Below, piece by piece: positions 51,841-64,000 of a stretch of 64,000 bases of DNA (the first letter of the stretch is position 1; each line of letters opens with the position of its first letter). Location: NCBI RefSeq assembly GCF_000150275.1, contig NW_002060948.1, forward strand, positions 4,378,787 through 4,442,786, given 5' to 3'. Both the position numbers and the translations under genes were made by a program. The DNA comes from Trichoplax adhaerens. Taxonomy: Eukaryota; Animalia; Placozoa. The notes beneath the pieces are model-generated. The model searched no databases and was not told the DNA's origin. It saw only the letters and a list, made by a program, of their open reading frames with translations.

Positions 51841-54116
51841 CTAGTTTAAAGTCCCTGGTGGAGCAAGTTCACCTAAAAATCGCAAACGTTAATTATTAGT
51901 TAACAATACAATTAACTACTAAAAGATATGAAATCACCTGGTGGAGGAGGGGGAGCAAATCCTGGAGGTGGTGGAGGTAAGCCAGGACGCATGTTGGGAA
52001 ATCCACCAGGAAAACCGGGTGGAGGAGGGGGCGGAAACATGGTCGGTGGTGGCGGAAGCATTCCACCCATTGGCGGCGGTGGCATTTGCGGCATACTAGG
52101 TGGAATTCGTTCCATTACTGGCAACACTGGAGCTACTGGAGGTACTATGGGAGGAACTTGCGGGGCAGCACTACCAGTATTACTACTATCCGTAAATGTT
52201 GGAGGAGCATCAGCGAAAAGCTGGTGAGGTCTATCCGATTGTACCAGAGGATTTTGAGCAGCCAATAAACGCTCTATTGCAAACAAAATCATAAATTTAA
52301 AACTTTACTGGCAAATATCAATAATTCAATCTTCAACGTGTTAGTGGCTGCGTAGCAGATTGAAATACCTGCAGCCGAGCCATGGCGTTCGCCCTTTGAA
52401 TCTTTCTTAAATGCGTATGACACATTTATCGTACGATTGCACAAAAATTGGCCATTCATAGCTTCCATAGCAGCATCTGAGGCATCAAAGCTAGCAAAAT
52501 TTATAAAAGCGAATCCTTTCGATTGTCCAGTTTCCGGATCTCTCATAATCTAGAAAAAAATTGTCATCATTACGTATGAAAATAAAAAAAGTATCAGCTT
52601 GACTAATGAAATACGTTACCTTCGGCGTCTGTAAAATTACACCAAATGCACTGAAAGTATCATACAGCTGTTTCTCGTCTACTTCTGGATCTAAATTACC
52701 AATGAAAACGTTTGCACCAACATCTAAATTCTTATTATGCGCAGAAGCCTGTGAAAAAAGAAAATAAGATCTTATTTCATTCATAACGCTAATTAGCCCT
52801 ATTCTCACAAATCTTCAGGAACTGCATCTCCAACACACACAACATAGTATGAACTTACTTTATTTACTCTTATTGGCTTTCCATATAGCTTAATCATGTT
52901 CATTATTTTAATAGCATAATCAGCATCGTCTTCCCCTAAGAACTCGATAAATCCATAGCCTTGATGTGCCTGGGTTATTCTGTCTTTTGGCATATGTACA
53001 TTGACTGTGTAATAAGGGAATAAATGTCAAGTTGTTGCAATGAGAATAGAGAATATAAGATAACAAATACAGTACTACAGTACAATAATAATCTATTACA
53101 TATACATTCTATTCTAATACTACCTTATAGTACTATAGACGTAAACTGAACAGTTTCATCCAATAAAAACCAGCTGAATATGACCAACTAACTAATCGAA
53201 CTGAGTTAGTGTTTTGAGTTTGAAATAAGGACGATCCAATATATAGTACAATTACACTGTTGAAAAGTGCATGAGCAACTGAGCATTCACTACTACTACT
53301 ACTACTACTACACAGCTACACCGGCTAATATCAAGTTTTAAGATCTTTACTACTAGGCTTAAAGTAATAGGGATCAATTCAATTATTTTGATCCCGTAAT
53401 GTGTACTTTATTGTGAGCGGTAATAAAACATCGATATACTCTTACGTCAATCCTACAGCTGAATGGATTAGCAGAACGTATATAACGTTGATGCTCATAA
53501 TACTAATTCTAATTATGACAATTTAAAGTTCTCCCCAATTAGCAATAGAGCAGCATAATATGTCTGAAAAAGCAATACATTTGATCTAATACAAAAAGAG
53601 AACTTCCTTTATAGCTGAAAGGAAAAGAGCAACGATATTTATATCGCTGCCTGAATAGTTCATTTATTGACGCTTCACCATGGAGAAGTTTTAATCAAGT
53701 ATGGTGTCTACTCATGCATAAATGTGATTTATGATTGAAATCTACCTAGAACTTATTCACTGCACGTCTATGTAAATATATAACTATTGCGGTAGTTGCA
53801 TTAACGCATTGAAAGCTATAGGATGAATTGATAAGATGATACTGCAATAAATGGAACCTACCGACTGGGCCTGCTTGCAAGAACAATTCCCATAAAAGCG
53901 TTTCGGATACTTTTTCATCCAGATTACCGACGTAAATGGTTGCATCTATTCAATACAAAGTACGACAGTATCCTTGAGGCGCATTACTTTAAGCATATGC
54001 TAGATCAATCTACAGTACGTCTAAATATAAAATGTAATAGGCACCAGACATGATTATTCTTTGCAGGGAAGGTTTTACTAACCTTGATTTCTTTCAGTCA
54101 CCGGACCAGCAGCCAT
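51841..54116 (-). CDS. SF3B4: Splicing factor 3B subunit 4 (SAP49; two RRMs plus proline-rich tail)
   Basis: [11 protein letters not shown]|[28 protein letters not shown]|[22 protein letters not shown]...KPIRVNK|[26 protein letters not shown]...TPK|[15 protein letters not shown]...KGERHGSAA|[10 protein letters not shown]...PPPPG|ELAPPGTLN-stop. Confidence 0.97.
53289..53310. repeat. (CTA)n microsatellite in an SF3B4 intron
   Basis: actactactactactactacta. Confidence 0.8.
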
Positions 54117-54164
54117 TTTTCCTGTAGGCAAACGCACGATGATCGTCGTTGGAGTTTTGGATTA

Positions 54165-54580
54165 CAGTGTCAGTACGGTCCTGTAAAGATTCAGTATTGC
54201 TGTATTGTTCACTGGTATCATTTTTACTGGTTGATGAGCAAGGCCGTTACGCCGGTCACTGCAACGACAGTACAGTACCATATCAGAGGTCTTTGCTGTA
54301 CAGTACAGTACTCTACACAGCACAATACTGTACAGTACAATACGGACGAGACTACTGTACAGTGTACAGTACTGTACTGTACTGTACACTGTATCAGGGC
54401 CTCTAAAAAACCAGTACAGTACCAGACGCTCCGTGTACAGTGTACAGTGTACAGAGTACTGTACTGTATGTTGCAAGGTCAACGTGAGTTGTGTAACCAT
54501 AGAGGTGCGTATGCACAGAGAGGTACTTAGCACGTGCTGAATTGTACCGCTGTACCAGTAGTGACGATACTGTACTGTAC
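54165..54580. promoter_or_regulatory. Dense TACAGT/ACTGTA cluster immediately upstream of SF3B4
   Basis: For example actactgtacagtgtacagtactgtactgtactgtacactgta and gtgtacagtgtacagtgtacagagtactgtactgta. This tract produces the spurious TVQY/YSTV ORFs on both strands. Confidence 0.6.
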
Positions 54581-54757
54581 AATTAAAAGGTTAATAATAT
54601 TATGAATTCTTGTTATATCAACTGTCAATATATCATCGCTGAAAGTCTGTATTCAACTTGCCTTTAATAAATAAAACTAGTGGCACCAGAATGAATGCCA
54701 AGACCTAATTCCAACGATTGCCATTTTAAGGCTGCAAGAATCTTCTCTGCAAGCACC

Positions 54758-55170
54758 ATCGGCTAGCCGCTGACTATACTGTACTGTACTATTACTATCA
54801 TTTGCAACGATTAACATGCAGCAAAGCACTGCTTTTATGTAACCCAACTAAAAGCTCTACGGCTACTGGATCAATAATAAAATAATACTTGACTCAACGA
54901 CTTCATTCCAATGATAGCCTTTTTGAAGACTGCAGTAATGTACTTAGCATGTTATACACTTCATAAAATCCTTAATATTAGGACACTTACCAATATACAT
55001 TGCTGATGATAGATTCAATGTATCGGCTAGCCGCTGACAATGCTATTATAATTCATTATTATAATTTGGCACGATGGATGTGCAGCTGAACATTGCGCTG
55101 AAAAATTGGGGAGTAACCCAACTAAAAGCTCTAGTGCTACTTGACCAATAATAATGATATAATACTTAAC
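54758..55170. repeat. Two-copy direct repeat, period ~265-275 bp
   Basis: ATCGGCTAGCCGCTGAC at 54758 and 55022; GTAACCCAACTAAAAGCTCTA at 54839 and 55113. Confidence 0.75.
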
Positions 55171-55752
55171 TCTGCCAGAAAATTGGGGAAGAATTCACTT
55201 TCATTCTTAATTATCCAATATGTCAACGATCTCTAAAGTCACATAGAAGCTAGATTAGACAGATAGGCATAATGCAGATATAAAGAAAAAAAATTGATAA
55301 AACAGTCGATCTTATAATTGTGAAAGCTGTTTGTGCATTATACAGCAGTGACTTGCAATGTGCACCAATGTTGACGGTAGCCCCATTCCCGTGCCACTGT
55401 CGTTATAGTATACGATGAGATTCTGTTGAGGTTTTAAGGCTATCATTGTTTTTTATTAATTCATTTCATTTAAATATAGGATTACAAGAATAGTACAGTA
55501 GGTTTCAAAGCTCAAATATGATATTCATGAATTTTTATAAATTAGAATTAACCTAGCCTGGTTCAAATGATTTTTCAAGGATTATATAACAGTAGTTATC
55601 ATTCACTAGATATAACAATCTTTTAGGCTCATGAGATCGAATATCAATATGATAGTAATACAGGAGTAGCAAAAATCGCGATAATTTAAAATTGACTTTC
55701 TTCAAAACACAAAGTGCCGCTAGCATTTACAACTATAATTGATATAAAATCG

Positions 55753-58700
55753 CTAAAGTGAGCCATCAAACGAGTCTTTTAGCTTATGTAGGTGATGTTT
55801 CAACTTTAATCGATGCCCAGGAGACAATACACCACTATCTTTTAGCACTTGGTGAAATTCGATGGGGCTGTAAGCCACAGAAGATTTCCATAACTCGAAT
55901 AAAGCAATCCCATCAATATCAGCAGCGCGAAACTTCTCATCGTATTGAGCTAAAGTGATTTCCTGCAACCAATTGACGACGTCATCACAGGACCATTGCA
56001 GAAAATTCAAACCTAAAGTAAATAAATAATATCACACATCTTCAACTATGTCTATATTAATAGAAATACAGAGTTGATGCTTTTTATGTGCTCGAGCTAT
56101 TCTAGACAGACTAGACTCTTAAATTATTAAAGTTAATCCTCTTGCGCTTTGCATGCCTACTAGGCCATACATAGTCATTAATTTAATATTTTCGTTGCTG
56201 GAACTGCAGACTGTATCATTGTTCTTAATTTAATATACAGTGATTGATTGATAAAAATAAATCCTAATAGTCGAGGAATAGCATTTAGCGGTACTAACAG
56301 TTTTGGTTCTTTACAAAATTAATAAAAATCTAAAAGTACATTTGATAATCTCTAAAAACGGATAAACTATTTTAGTAAAGTGCTGATTGGATTATTAAAT
56401 ATGTTTCAAGAAATTTGGTATGCAGCATCAAGTTTTAAAAACAAAATCTTGTCATTATATAACAAGTACAACTGTTTTTTTTTTACTTTATTTGCCTAAC
56501 CTGATTCATCATTGAATACTTTATTTTTCAGCCCTGAATGCCGCTTATAAATTGTCTCATTAAGCGTAGACGAAGGTGAACATGCACTAATTTCGTCTAT
56601 ACAGATTAGTGGGATAGTAGATTGATGATTTAGTGAATCATTTACTGTTGGGCTGCATTGATCATCCGATAAATGATTTCCGCTCGGTGACTCGACATCA
56701 GAATCGCAACCTAGGGTAAAAGAAACAGGATTCTTCGATATTGTGACGATGCTGTTATTGACGGCAATATCGATTTTGGAAATATCTTGCTCACTATGAT
56801 GGTTATCTTGAGCATCTGGCTCTAATGGTAAGTCATTTGGAGCTTTATCGACTTCTATCTGTCTATCATCAACATTATCATCCTGGTACTTATTTAAAGT
56901 TATCATCGTCCCGTTGCTAACTTTGGTTACAGTTTTAACTGTAGTTGCAGTTAAAGTTAATTTATCATCATCCTTTTCGCTATAATATCCATTCAGGAAT
57001 GAATTAAGAGAGTAAAGTGAATCTCTTGGCGAACGGGATATACTCTCTCGATCGCTGAACATATCAAATGAACTTGGCGGGGATGTTGCAAAATCTGAAG
57101 AATTATCATGACTATCAAAATTCGTTTCTTTACCGCTAGTGTCATCTAATCCCTCATACATACTATCATCATCATTCGATTGGCTGGTTTTCATTACTTT
57201 TGATCGCATCCTTTTTCTCTTTTCTTTAATAGAATTACTTCGATGTCGACTAGATTCATGTTTACTCGTATGATGATGATGACGACGTTTTTGGTGATGA
57301 GACGGTTCTTGATCTTGTTGGATATTATTATCATCGCAAACTTTATCAAGACTACTGCGACATTCATCCAAATCTTTGATTGACGTTTCCTCACATTCAG
57401 TTTGATTAGTCGTGGAATTAAATTCACTATCTGGATTTTTTGTTTTACCATTCTCGATATTTGCTTGTTGAACATCATTATCTAGATCATAATGTGATTT
57501 AACGCAAGATGATTCGATGATGGTTTCGTTTTTAAAATTACTCTTTGTAACAGAACTATGATTATTTTGGATATTCGTTGTTTTTTGCTGCTTGTAATTT
57601 CCATCCGACAATTTAGCCGGCAGCGAATCAGATCGACTTAAACTATCGTAATACTTCGACATTAATAGCATTTCTCTCTCGATATTATGTGCTTTTTCTA
57701 GTTCAGCATTTGGTGGTGAAATTACAATTTCAACGCTATTAGGTTTACTAACAATTAATTGATGCCTACGCTGCTCAATATCGTTTTGAATATTCTTATC
57801 GTCATGATTATGATTTACCACAAAGCTATCGATATCACAGCTATCGTCAACTGGCAGGGCACATTTTCTGATTTTAGATGTTATGTTATACTGACCGATG
57901 ATATCGTAGCTAGTGAACATTTCTTTGTTAATCTGTGTACAATCGTTAATGTTTAGTCGTGTTAATGATCGAATTTGACTGCAGATAGGACTATTAACCG
58001 TTATTGTATCATTTCCATCCGGTATTAACTTAATAATACACTCTTCTTTAATAATCAACTTCAATCCATACTCTAGGCAATCTGGGCTTTGAAAATAAGT
58101 CACCAACAGAGGTCGATTGCATAAACGTGCATATTCTACTCTTAAACGAAATTTAGACACTTCTTCAACTCGACTCGGCATTACCATACAAATAACACCG
58201 CAATTTTGAATTGAGTTGACCACTGAAATAAGAAGAAAAGCTTTGCGTTAGTCATTGCTGTTGAGAATAAATAAGCGATCTATCAAGACTGTGGTCGTTT
58301 GTAAATATTACCGCATCAATTCAAAGACCTAGGCTATGAAATGAAAGTATAGCATGCTGAGCTAAATTAATCTAAAACTTTACTAATAAATATTAAGAAC
58401 GCAAGTAGGAATACTACCAATCTGTGATAAATACTATTAATGGAACGAACGACAAATAACAGTAGAACTGCATTTCGTTGGTAGAGTATTTATGACAATA
58501 TTTAAGTCAAAGGGTCGATTAAAATTACCAGTATTAAATGGTAATCTTATTCACTTTACATTGATCATCTCAATAATTATCACTAACTACTGTACATTGC
58601 ATAATCATTACACAGCATAAAATTCGCTTATCAATATTGTAGATTACCAAAAAAATTGCATAAATACGAGTAATGATGACACTTCCGATATGCTTATATC

Positions 58701-61700
58701 ATAAATAACATAATATTTGCATACTATCTAATATCGTAGAGGTAAAAATATTTTCTCGGATTTCATAACCACGAGCTTCTAAAAATCGAATAACTTTCAG
58801 TATTTTCATATGATCATGCATAGAAAAGGAAAATAATATCCTCTGAGAGCCTGCAACAGAAGTGATATGACATCTTGAGTAAAAACGTATATATATATTG
58901 TATTCTTAGACATGATATAGCAAAAGCAATTAAAGCATTATCACCGGCTGCAAGAAATCTTAGCATCAATAGTAAATTTAATGTAAGGCAATATAATTAT
59001 TCCTCATATCTTTGATCATCTGTCAACTTCTTATAAACGGAAGCAAACCGCTATAACTCTTAAACTGCAACTAAATTATCTCTTAAGAAATCTATTTAAT
59101 ACTGTATAAGGTTACTTCGGTATCTCAAATTTACACGGTTAGTTGTGAAGCCTTAATTGTATATCGGTACCCTGGCTTGCAATAGCTATAAAATTAGTAC
59201 CATATATTTTATATACGTACGTTTCTTCTTGATTTCGTATGTATTTTTATCAGGTCGTTTACATTCATCTTGATATCTTTGCAATTGCTTAACAATTTTC
59301 GGTGCATCTTCTACTAAAAATAGATGAATACCGAAATGACCAAGTGACTTTGCTTGATCAGCCGCAATAGACCATTTACTTCCATTTTTCGCTTTTAAAT
59401 TGCTACCGGCCAAAACCAATAGATAGACCATATCAAAATTACTACTTGACGTTGCCATAAATAGTGGCGTTATACCATTACGATCGCATAAGTTAACATC
59501 GGCGCCTTTTAAAATCAAAAATCTAGCCATTTCTTGTTCATCTGATAATAACGTTAAGTGTAGAGCCGTAGTAATCCTTTTACCTACAGCATTGATGTTG
59601 GCACCCTATAACGCAACAAAATTAAAGTAAAGTTAAACCGCAAATATTGCGTTAGCTTATTTCTATAACACACATTTGATGAGATATTAAAGGATGACTT
59701 ACTGAAAAATATGCTACAGTATTTATATTATAAATGAAGTGGCTAGTCATGACGACAATGTGATTATTATATTCGTTAATAATTATATAGGTATGATGAT
59801 CAGTATTTTAAAATATTAATAACTCACTTGATCAAGAAGATATTGAACGGTCTCAAAATGATTACACATGGCGGCTATTGTTAAAGCTGGATATAGTGGT
59901 AATTCCAATTTATCAATTTTCCAATCATCGTGGCTAAAATAACTACTAACTTTGTCAATTGGAGTTGATTCGATGTCGACGCCATTGTCTAAACACTTTT
60001 GGAGCACTTTCAGATCATTCTCGCAAGCTGCATTGAACCATTTCCTATAGGCTAAGTATATAAGATAATTAGCTGTAGGCAAAGTAGAATTGATTCCCTT
60101 TACATAGAGATAGCAATTACAAATCCAAAGGACTAATTTATCGCTTTAGATAACCCTAAACTAGCTATCACAATTCTATGCTTAATCTGATAATTACATC
60201 GACTAAAATTAATCTTAAAGTGCATATTAAATCCAATAATGTGTGAAGAGTTCATTCCATTGAAATATTTATTTACTTACTTGATGTAGTTGGCTCAGTT
60301 GAATCATCATTGCAATCTACCATATCATGAGCAATAAGTGAATCCACGACTTTTTGATTATCCAACATTATAGCAATGTCATAAGCACTATAACCTTCTC
60401 TGTTTCGAATTTGACAATTAGCGTTATTTTCAATCAGTTCTTCAGCTAAATCGTCGTGTCCTAGCATAATAGCAAGGCTCAAAGGTGTCTGACCATCAGG
60501 ACTACACAAGTCAATATCAGCTTCTTTCGCTATAAAATAACGTGCCATTTCCAATTGGCCCAATAATATTGTGGTGTGTAGTACTCCTAAACCGTCCTTG
60601 CTGACAGCATTTATGTCTGCACCCTGTAATTATTATCATAGAAGGAATCAAAATACGTTCCCTATTATGCTTGAGCAGGTAAAGAAAACGTGTAAAATAT
60701 TTGTACAGTAATATCAGTAGCAGTGTTTACAAGATACTACATTCAGTAAGTATTATCGTAAGTTTGGTGCAGGATTTGTATATTACTCGTATCCCTATAA
60801 GATACTAGCGAGATGTACTGGCATACCATAGTAACAACACTGTGGATACAGAAGGATAACGCAATAGGAAATTAAATTTTTAATTATATCATGCACCAGC
60901 AATATCAAAGTAATACTATAAATAACCCTTCTAGTCACATCGATGTTTACGACATTTATTAAAAAGCCAGATATACCTAAGTGTAATAATTTTGGTATAC
61001 TGTATACCGAATAAAACCTTATCAGCAAATGCTGCTAATCTTTTACAGGGGAATACTAATGAACAATATCTGTAAAAGAAGCCTTGTATGGCTATAAAGT
61101 ACACTATTAAGTTTAAATCCATTCTTATGATGGCATAAATGAATTACAAACAATCGTACACTTATGAGTATTTCGTCGAATTAAGTAATTAACAAGGTAC
61201 ATACTTTAATATTATGAGAAAAGATGAATCTGCCAGTTTACAAAGTACTGTAATATGCCACCGATGTACATACTTACTTAAATTGTTAGATACTGATTGA
61301 TTAGATCTCTTACAAACTAAAATTAAAATTTTTGATTTACGGCATTTATGGCATTGCAATATCTCAATCCTAGAATGTTTCCAGTTATTGCGTATAATTC
61401 ACGGATAATCGATGTAAGCTAGCATCAGGAGAGGTATTTGTATACATAAATCATGTTTGGCACAATAAATGCAACTATTTCATTAACTTAAATAAAAAAA
61501 TTAAAATCATGATGTTCTAACAGTAATATTTTTTACCATCTGTAATAGAAACTCGCAAGCTTCTTGACACCCACAACCTGCAGCTAAGATCAAAGCAGGA
61601 TTATCGCTATTTTTCCACATCTTGTAACGAAAATTGGGCACTTTATCGCAAACCAATGCTTCCATGTCTACACCATCAGCTAGACATTCTTTCAATGTTG

Positions 61701-63812
61701 CAATATCATTATCGCAAGCCGCTTCAAACCATATTTTATAAACTATCGGTAAGATAGAATAACTAAATATAAATGACATATCTTCAATTTCTTGTCATTA
61801 GCATCATAGAAGCAATAAAATTAAAAATAATCAGGAAATGGCATCTTCTGTTTAGCGGTAAATGAAATAAAGTACACCTTTCTGCTTATTTATGAAACTT
61901 AGCTAATTTTTCTCATCTCTCCAAAATTAGTCTTAAGAAGTGACAGGCAGTAAATTTCTAAGTTGATCAATTTTGACTGACGTTGTCATATTTAGTATAC
62001 TGATGCATTTGATTTTATCCTATAACTGATAGGCAATAAATGGGTGTCAGTTTCTAATTAAACCCAATGACTTACATTAAAATACTTGATGATAAAGTTG
62101 TTACTCTCACTTTTAATCACAATAGCGCATTTTGTTAGATCAAGATTGCAATGGGCTATTACATTCTTCTAATCAGTTCAGTAAATACCATTAGATGAGA
62201 AAATGGTATGCATACTTAATATGCTTGATGTAAATCTGAACAATATGGCACTCTATAAAATTGTACTGTTATTAAATATGAATAGATTATTTAATTGTCT
62301 AAATTCCTTCGAGAAAAAGTATTTTAATTAATAGTGTAGTTGTGAAGTAGCATTACTTTGAAATCTGCATCAACTACTGTTCAAAAGCTATTTTGATAAA
62401 GGTAGCGTTAGATTTTGTTAAAGATTAATGCTGTTACATAGTGGTTCAGAAATTCTAATAAATCAAGCTACCATCAACAATCAGCGATATCATTTTAGTA
62501 AGATCATGGAAAATATACGAGTTGGATGAGTTGATCTAATTATAATAGTCAACTTCTTTAAAGTTAAATTCTAATATAGTTTGTTTAAAATAACTTTATT
62601 AAGCTATAAAAAAATAAAAACATGCAGCTAATTTAACTACTTCATGTATTCTTACTATTGATCTATAAATGATGCTAATTACTACATTACAATTCTGAAG
62701 ATTTTTTAATGCCACTGTTGCAACTACAGTATACAGTAAATGTTATGATAGATATGAACAGTATCTGTAATTTTAAATGCATAGCAATGCAGTAGTATCT
62801 TTCTCACTAATCATAGATCAGAATGACCAATTTAAAAATGGTAAGAGGTGCAACAGTAACCAGGTACGAGTCATAAATAATAACCAAACTAACTACATCA
62901 TCAAAAATTAACTAAACTTGAAGGCTGTAAAGTCATTTAGCCGATAATCCTGATAGCTGATCCATCGGGAGAGATGATAGAACTTTAAGGTTCCTGTTAG
63001 TATGTACGCGTATGTAATTAATGTAACGTAATCCCATATCCGATAATCCTATATTTCAATAAATATTAATCGATAAAAATATCTCGCAATGCGGTTAGAA
63101 AAGGGTAGTTTAAGAGGTAATAAGAGGATGAGTAACGAGAAAATAATCATTAAAGGCAAAAGTATGAATATCTCATTAATAAACTACTTCAATAAAGTAC
63201 CGTACTTTAAAATTTATAGAAACACTGATAATTAACTTAAGGAATGCAAAATACAAGATATTTAAGAAATAGATATTACTATTTCAACTGTAAATTACTG
63301 TACATTTACGTATGATGCTGTATTTGCAGTAGTGAAATCCATCGACAGATAGCTAATAATAGGAAGGAAAAGAAACTTTTTTTCTTATTTTTGTATAATT
63401 AATTGACTACTAATCGCACACAAAGTTAGATCAATACCTTAATAACGTTAGTTATTAACATAAAATAACATTTTTAATTTCTTTACTATCTAACAAAATG
63501 TTATTTGACAACTTTACTCGTATTTAGAGATTTCTTGAGAACTTTAAAAGCCAAATTATGAATTTAGATTAAGTACAAAGAAATATTTTTATAAGAACAA
63601 GCCCATAAACATTTTAACTCAACCTAAAAAGTAAACTGATCTCCTTTGATCTCACTCAAAGTAGAATTAAAATTGTACGATTTGGATATAATAACAGATA
63701 GAAACTAATTTTTACCTTTACCTCGTATTTCGACTTTTGATTGATCGTCATCCTCGATTAAATTACCATGATTAGACGCTTTACTGCCACAAATGACCGA
63801 CGCTGTCGCCAT
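55753..63812 (-). CDS. Ankyrin-repeat / TIR-like / long disordered region / SAM domain protein
   Basis: Phase-consistent exons: 63812-63722 (MATASVICG...; start exon least certain); two duplicated ankyrin exon pairs (~61741-61538 plus 60623-60280, and ~60052-59828 plus 59606-59222; GA(D/N)INAV..., TPL motifs); TIR-like QRILFSFSMHDHMKILKVIRFLEARGY...|MVNSIQNCGVICMVMPSRVEEVSKFRLRVEYARLCNRPLLV; an S/D/N-rich region in exon 58222-56501; SAM exon 56012-55753 (WSCDDVVNWLQEITLAQYDEKFRAADIDGIALFEL...GHRLKL). Confidence 0.8.
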
Positions 63813-64000
63813 TACTGATTTAAAATACGATAAATTTGTAGTATCTATTCACAACTGATGTAGTATTTTGGAACAGAATCTTGTTAAAGAATTTGATGTT
63901 CGACACTTATAAAGGCTAACCAAAATGATTAGCACTAAGCATGATATATCCGTTCAGTTGAGTCTGCAGTAGAAATTGGTTAAATATGATAGCAATTGAA

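Noticed and set aside
51928-52268. Glycine-rich plus-strand ORFs
   Set aside because: Antisense shadow of the proline-rich SF3B4 exon.
54084-54533. ORFs of 148, 85 and 123 aa rich in TVQY/YSTV
   Set aside because: They are translations of the TACAGT/ACTGTA low-complexity cluster on both strands. The same applies to ORFs 48412-48691.

Overview
AT-rich, intron-dense animal genomic DNA. The compact genes and many ~60-150 nt introns suggest a placozoan such as Trichoplax (inference only). Most genes are spliced, so the ORF track shows only fragments; I rebuilt gene models by hand from splice signals and reading phase. From left to right: (1) a possible first exon (signal peptide) of a gene running off the left edge; (2) an intron-containing tyrosine-recombinase gene (+, ~5.6-8.1 kb, Crypton-like or domesticated), facing a tandemly duplicated, decayed minus-strand segment that carries a second recombinase-like HxxR motif; (3) a 50-N gap; (4) a type-I membrane protein with signal peptide, C-type lectin, ~34 single-exon EGF modules (two defective), an FN3-like domain, TM and short tail (-, 11.5-22.7 kb); (5) a diverged ~185-bp tandem repeat; (6) a signal-peptide-bearing 12xEGF-CUB-EGF-CUB gene (-, 26.2-32.1 kb); (7) MICOS10; (8) an orphan micro-exon gene; (9) ARMC9, with a U12-type intron and an apparent frameshifting deletion; (10) PPIH and SF3B4, tail-to-tail; (11) an ankyrin-TIR-disordered-SAM protein gene (-, 55.8-63.8 kb). 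Dense palindromic TACAGT/ACTGTA clusters sit at the 5' ends of the conserved housekeeping genes. No rRNA, tRNA or CRISPR array was recognised.
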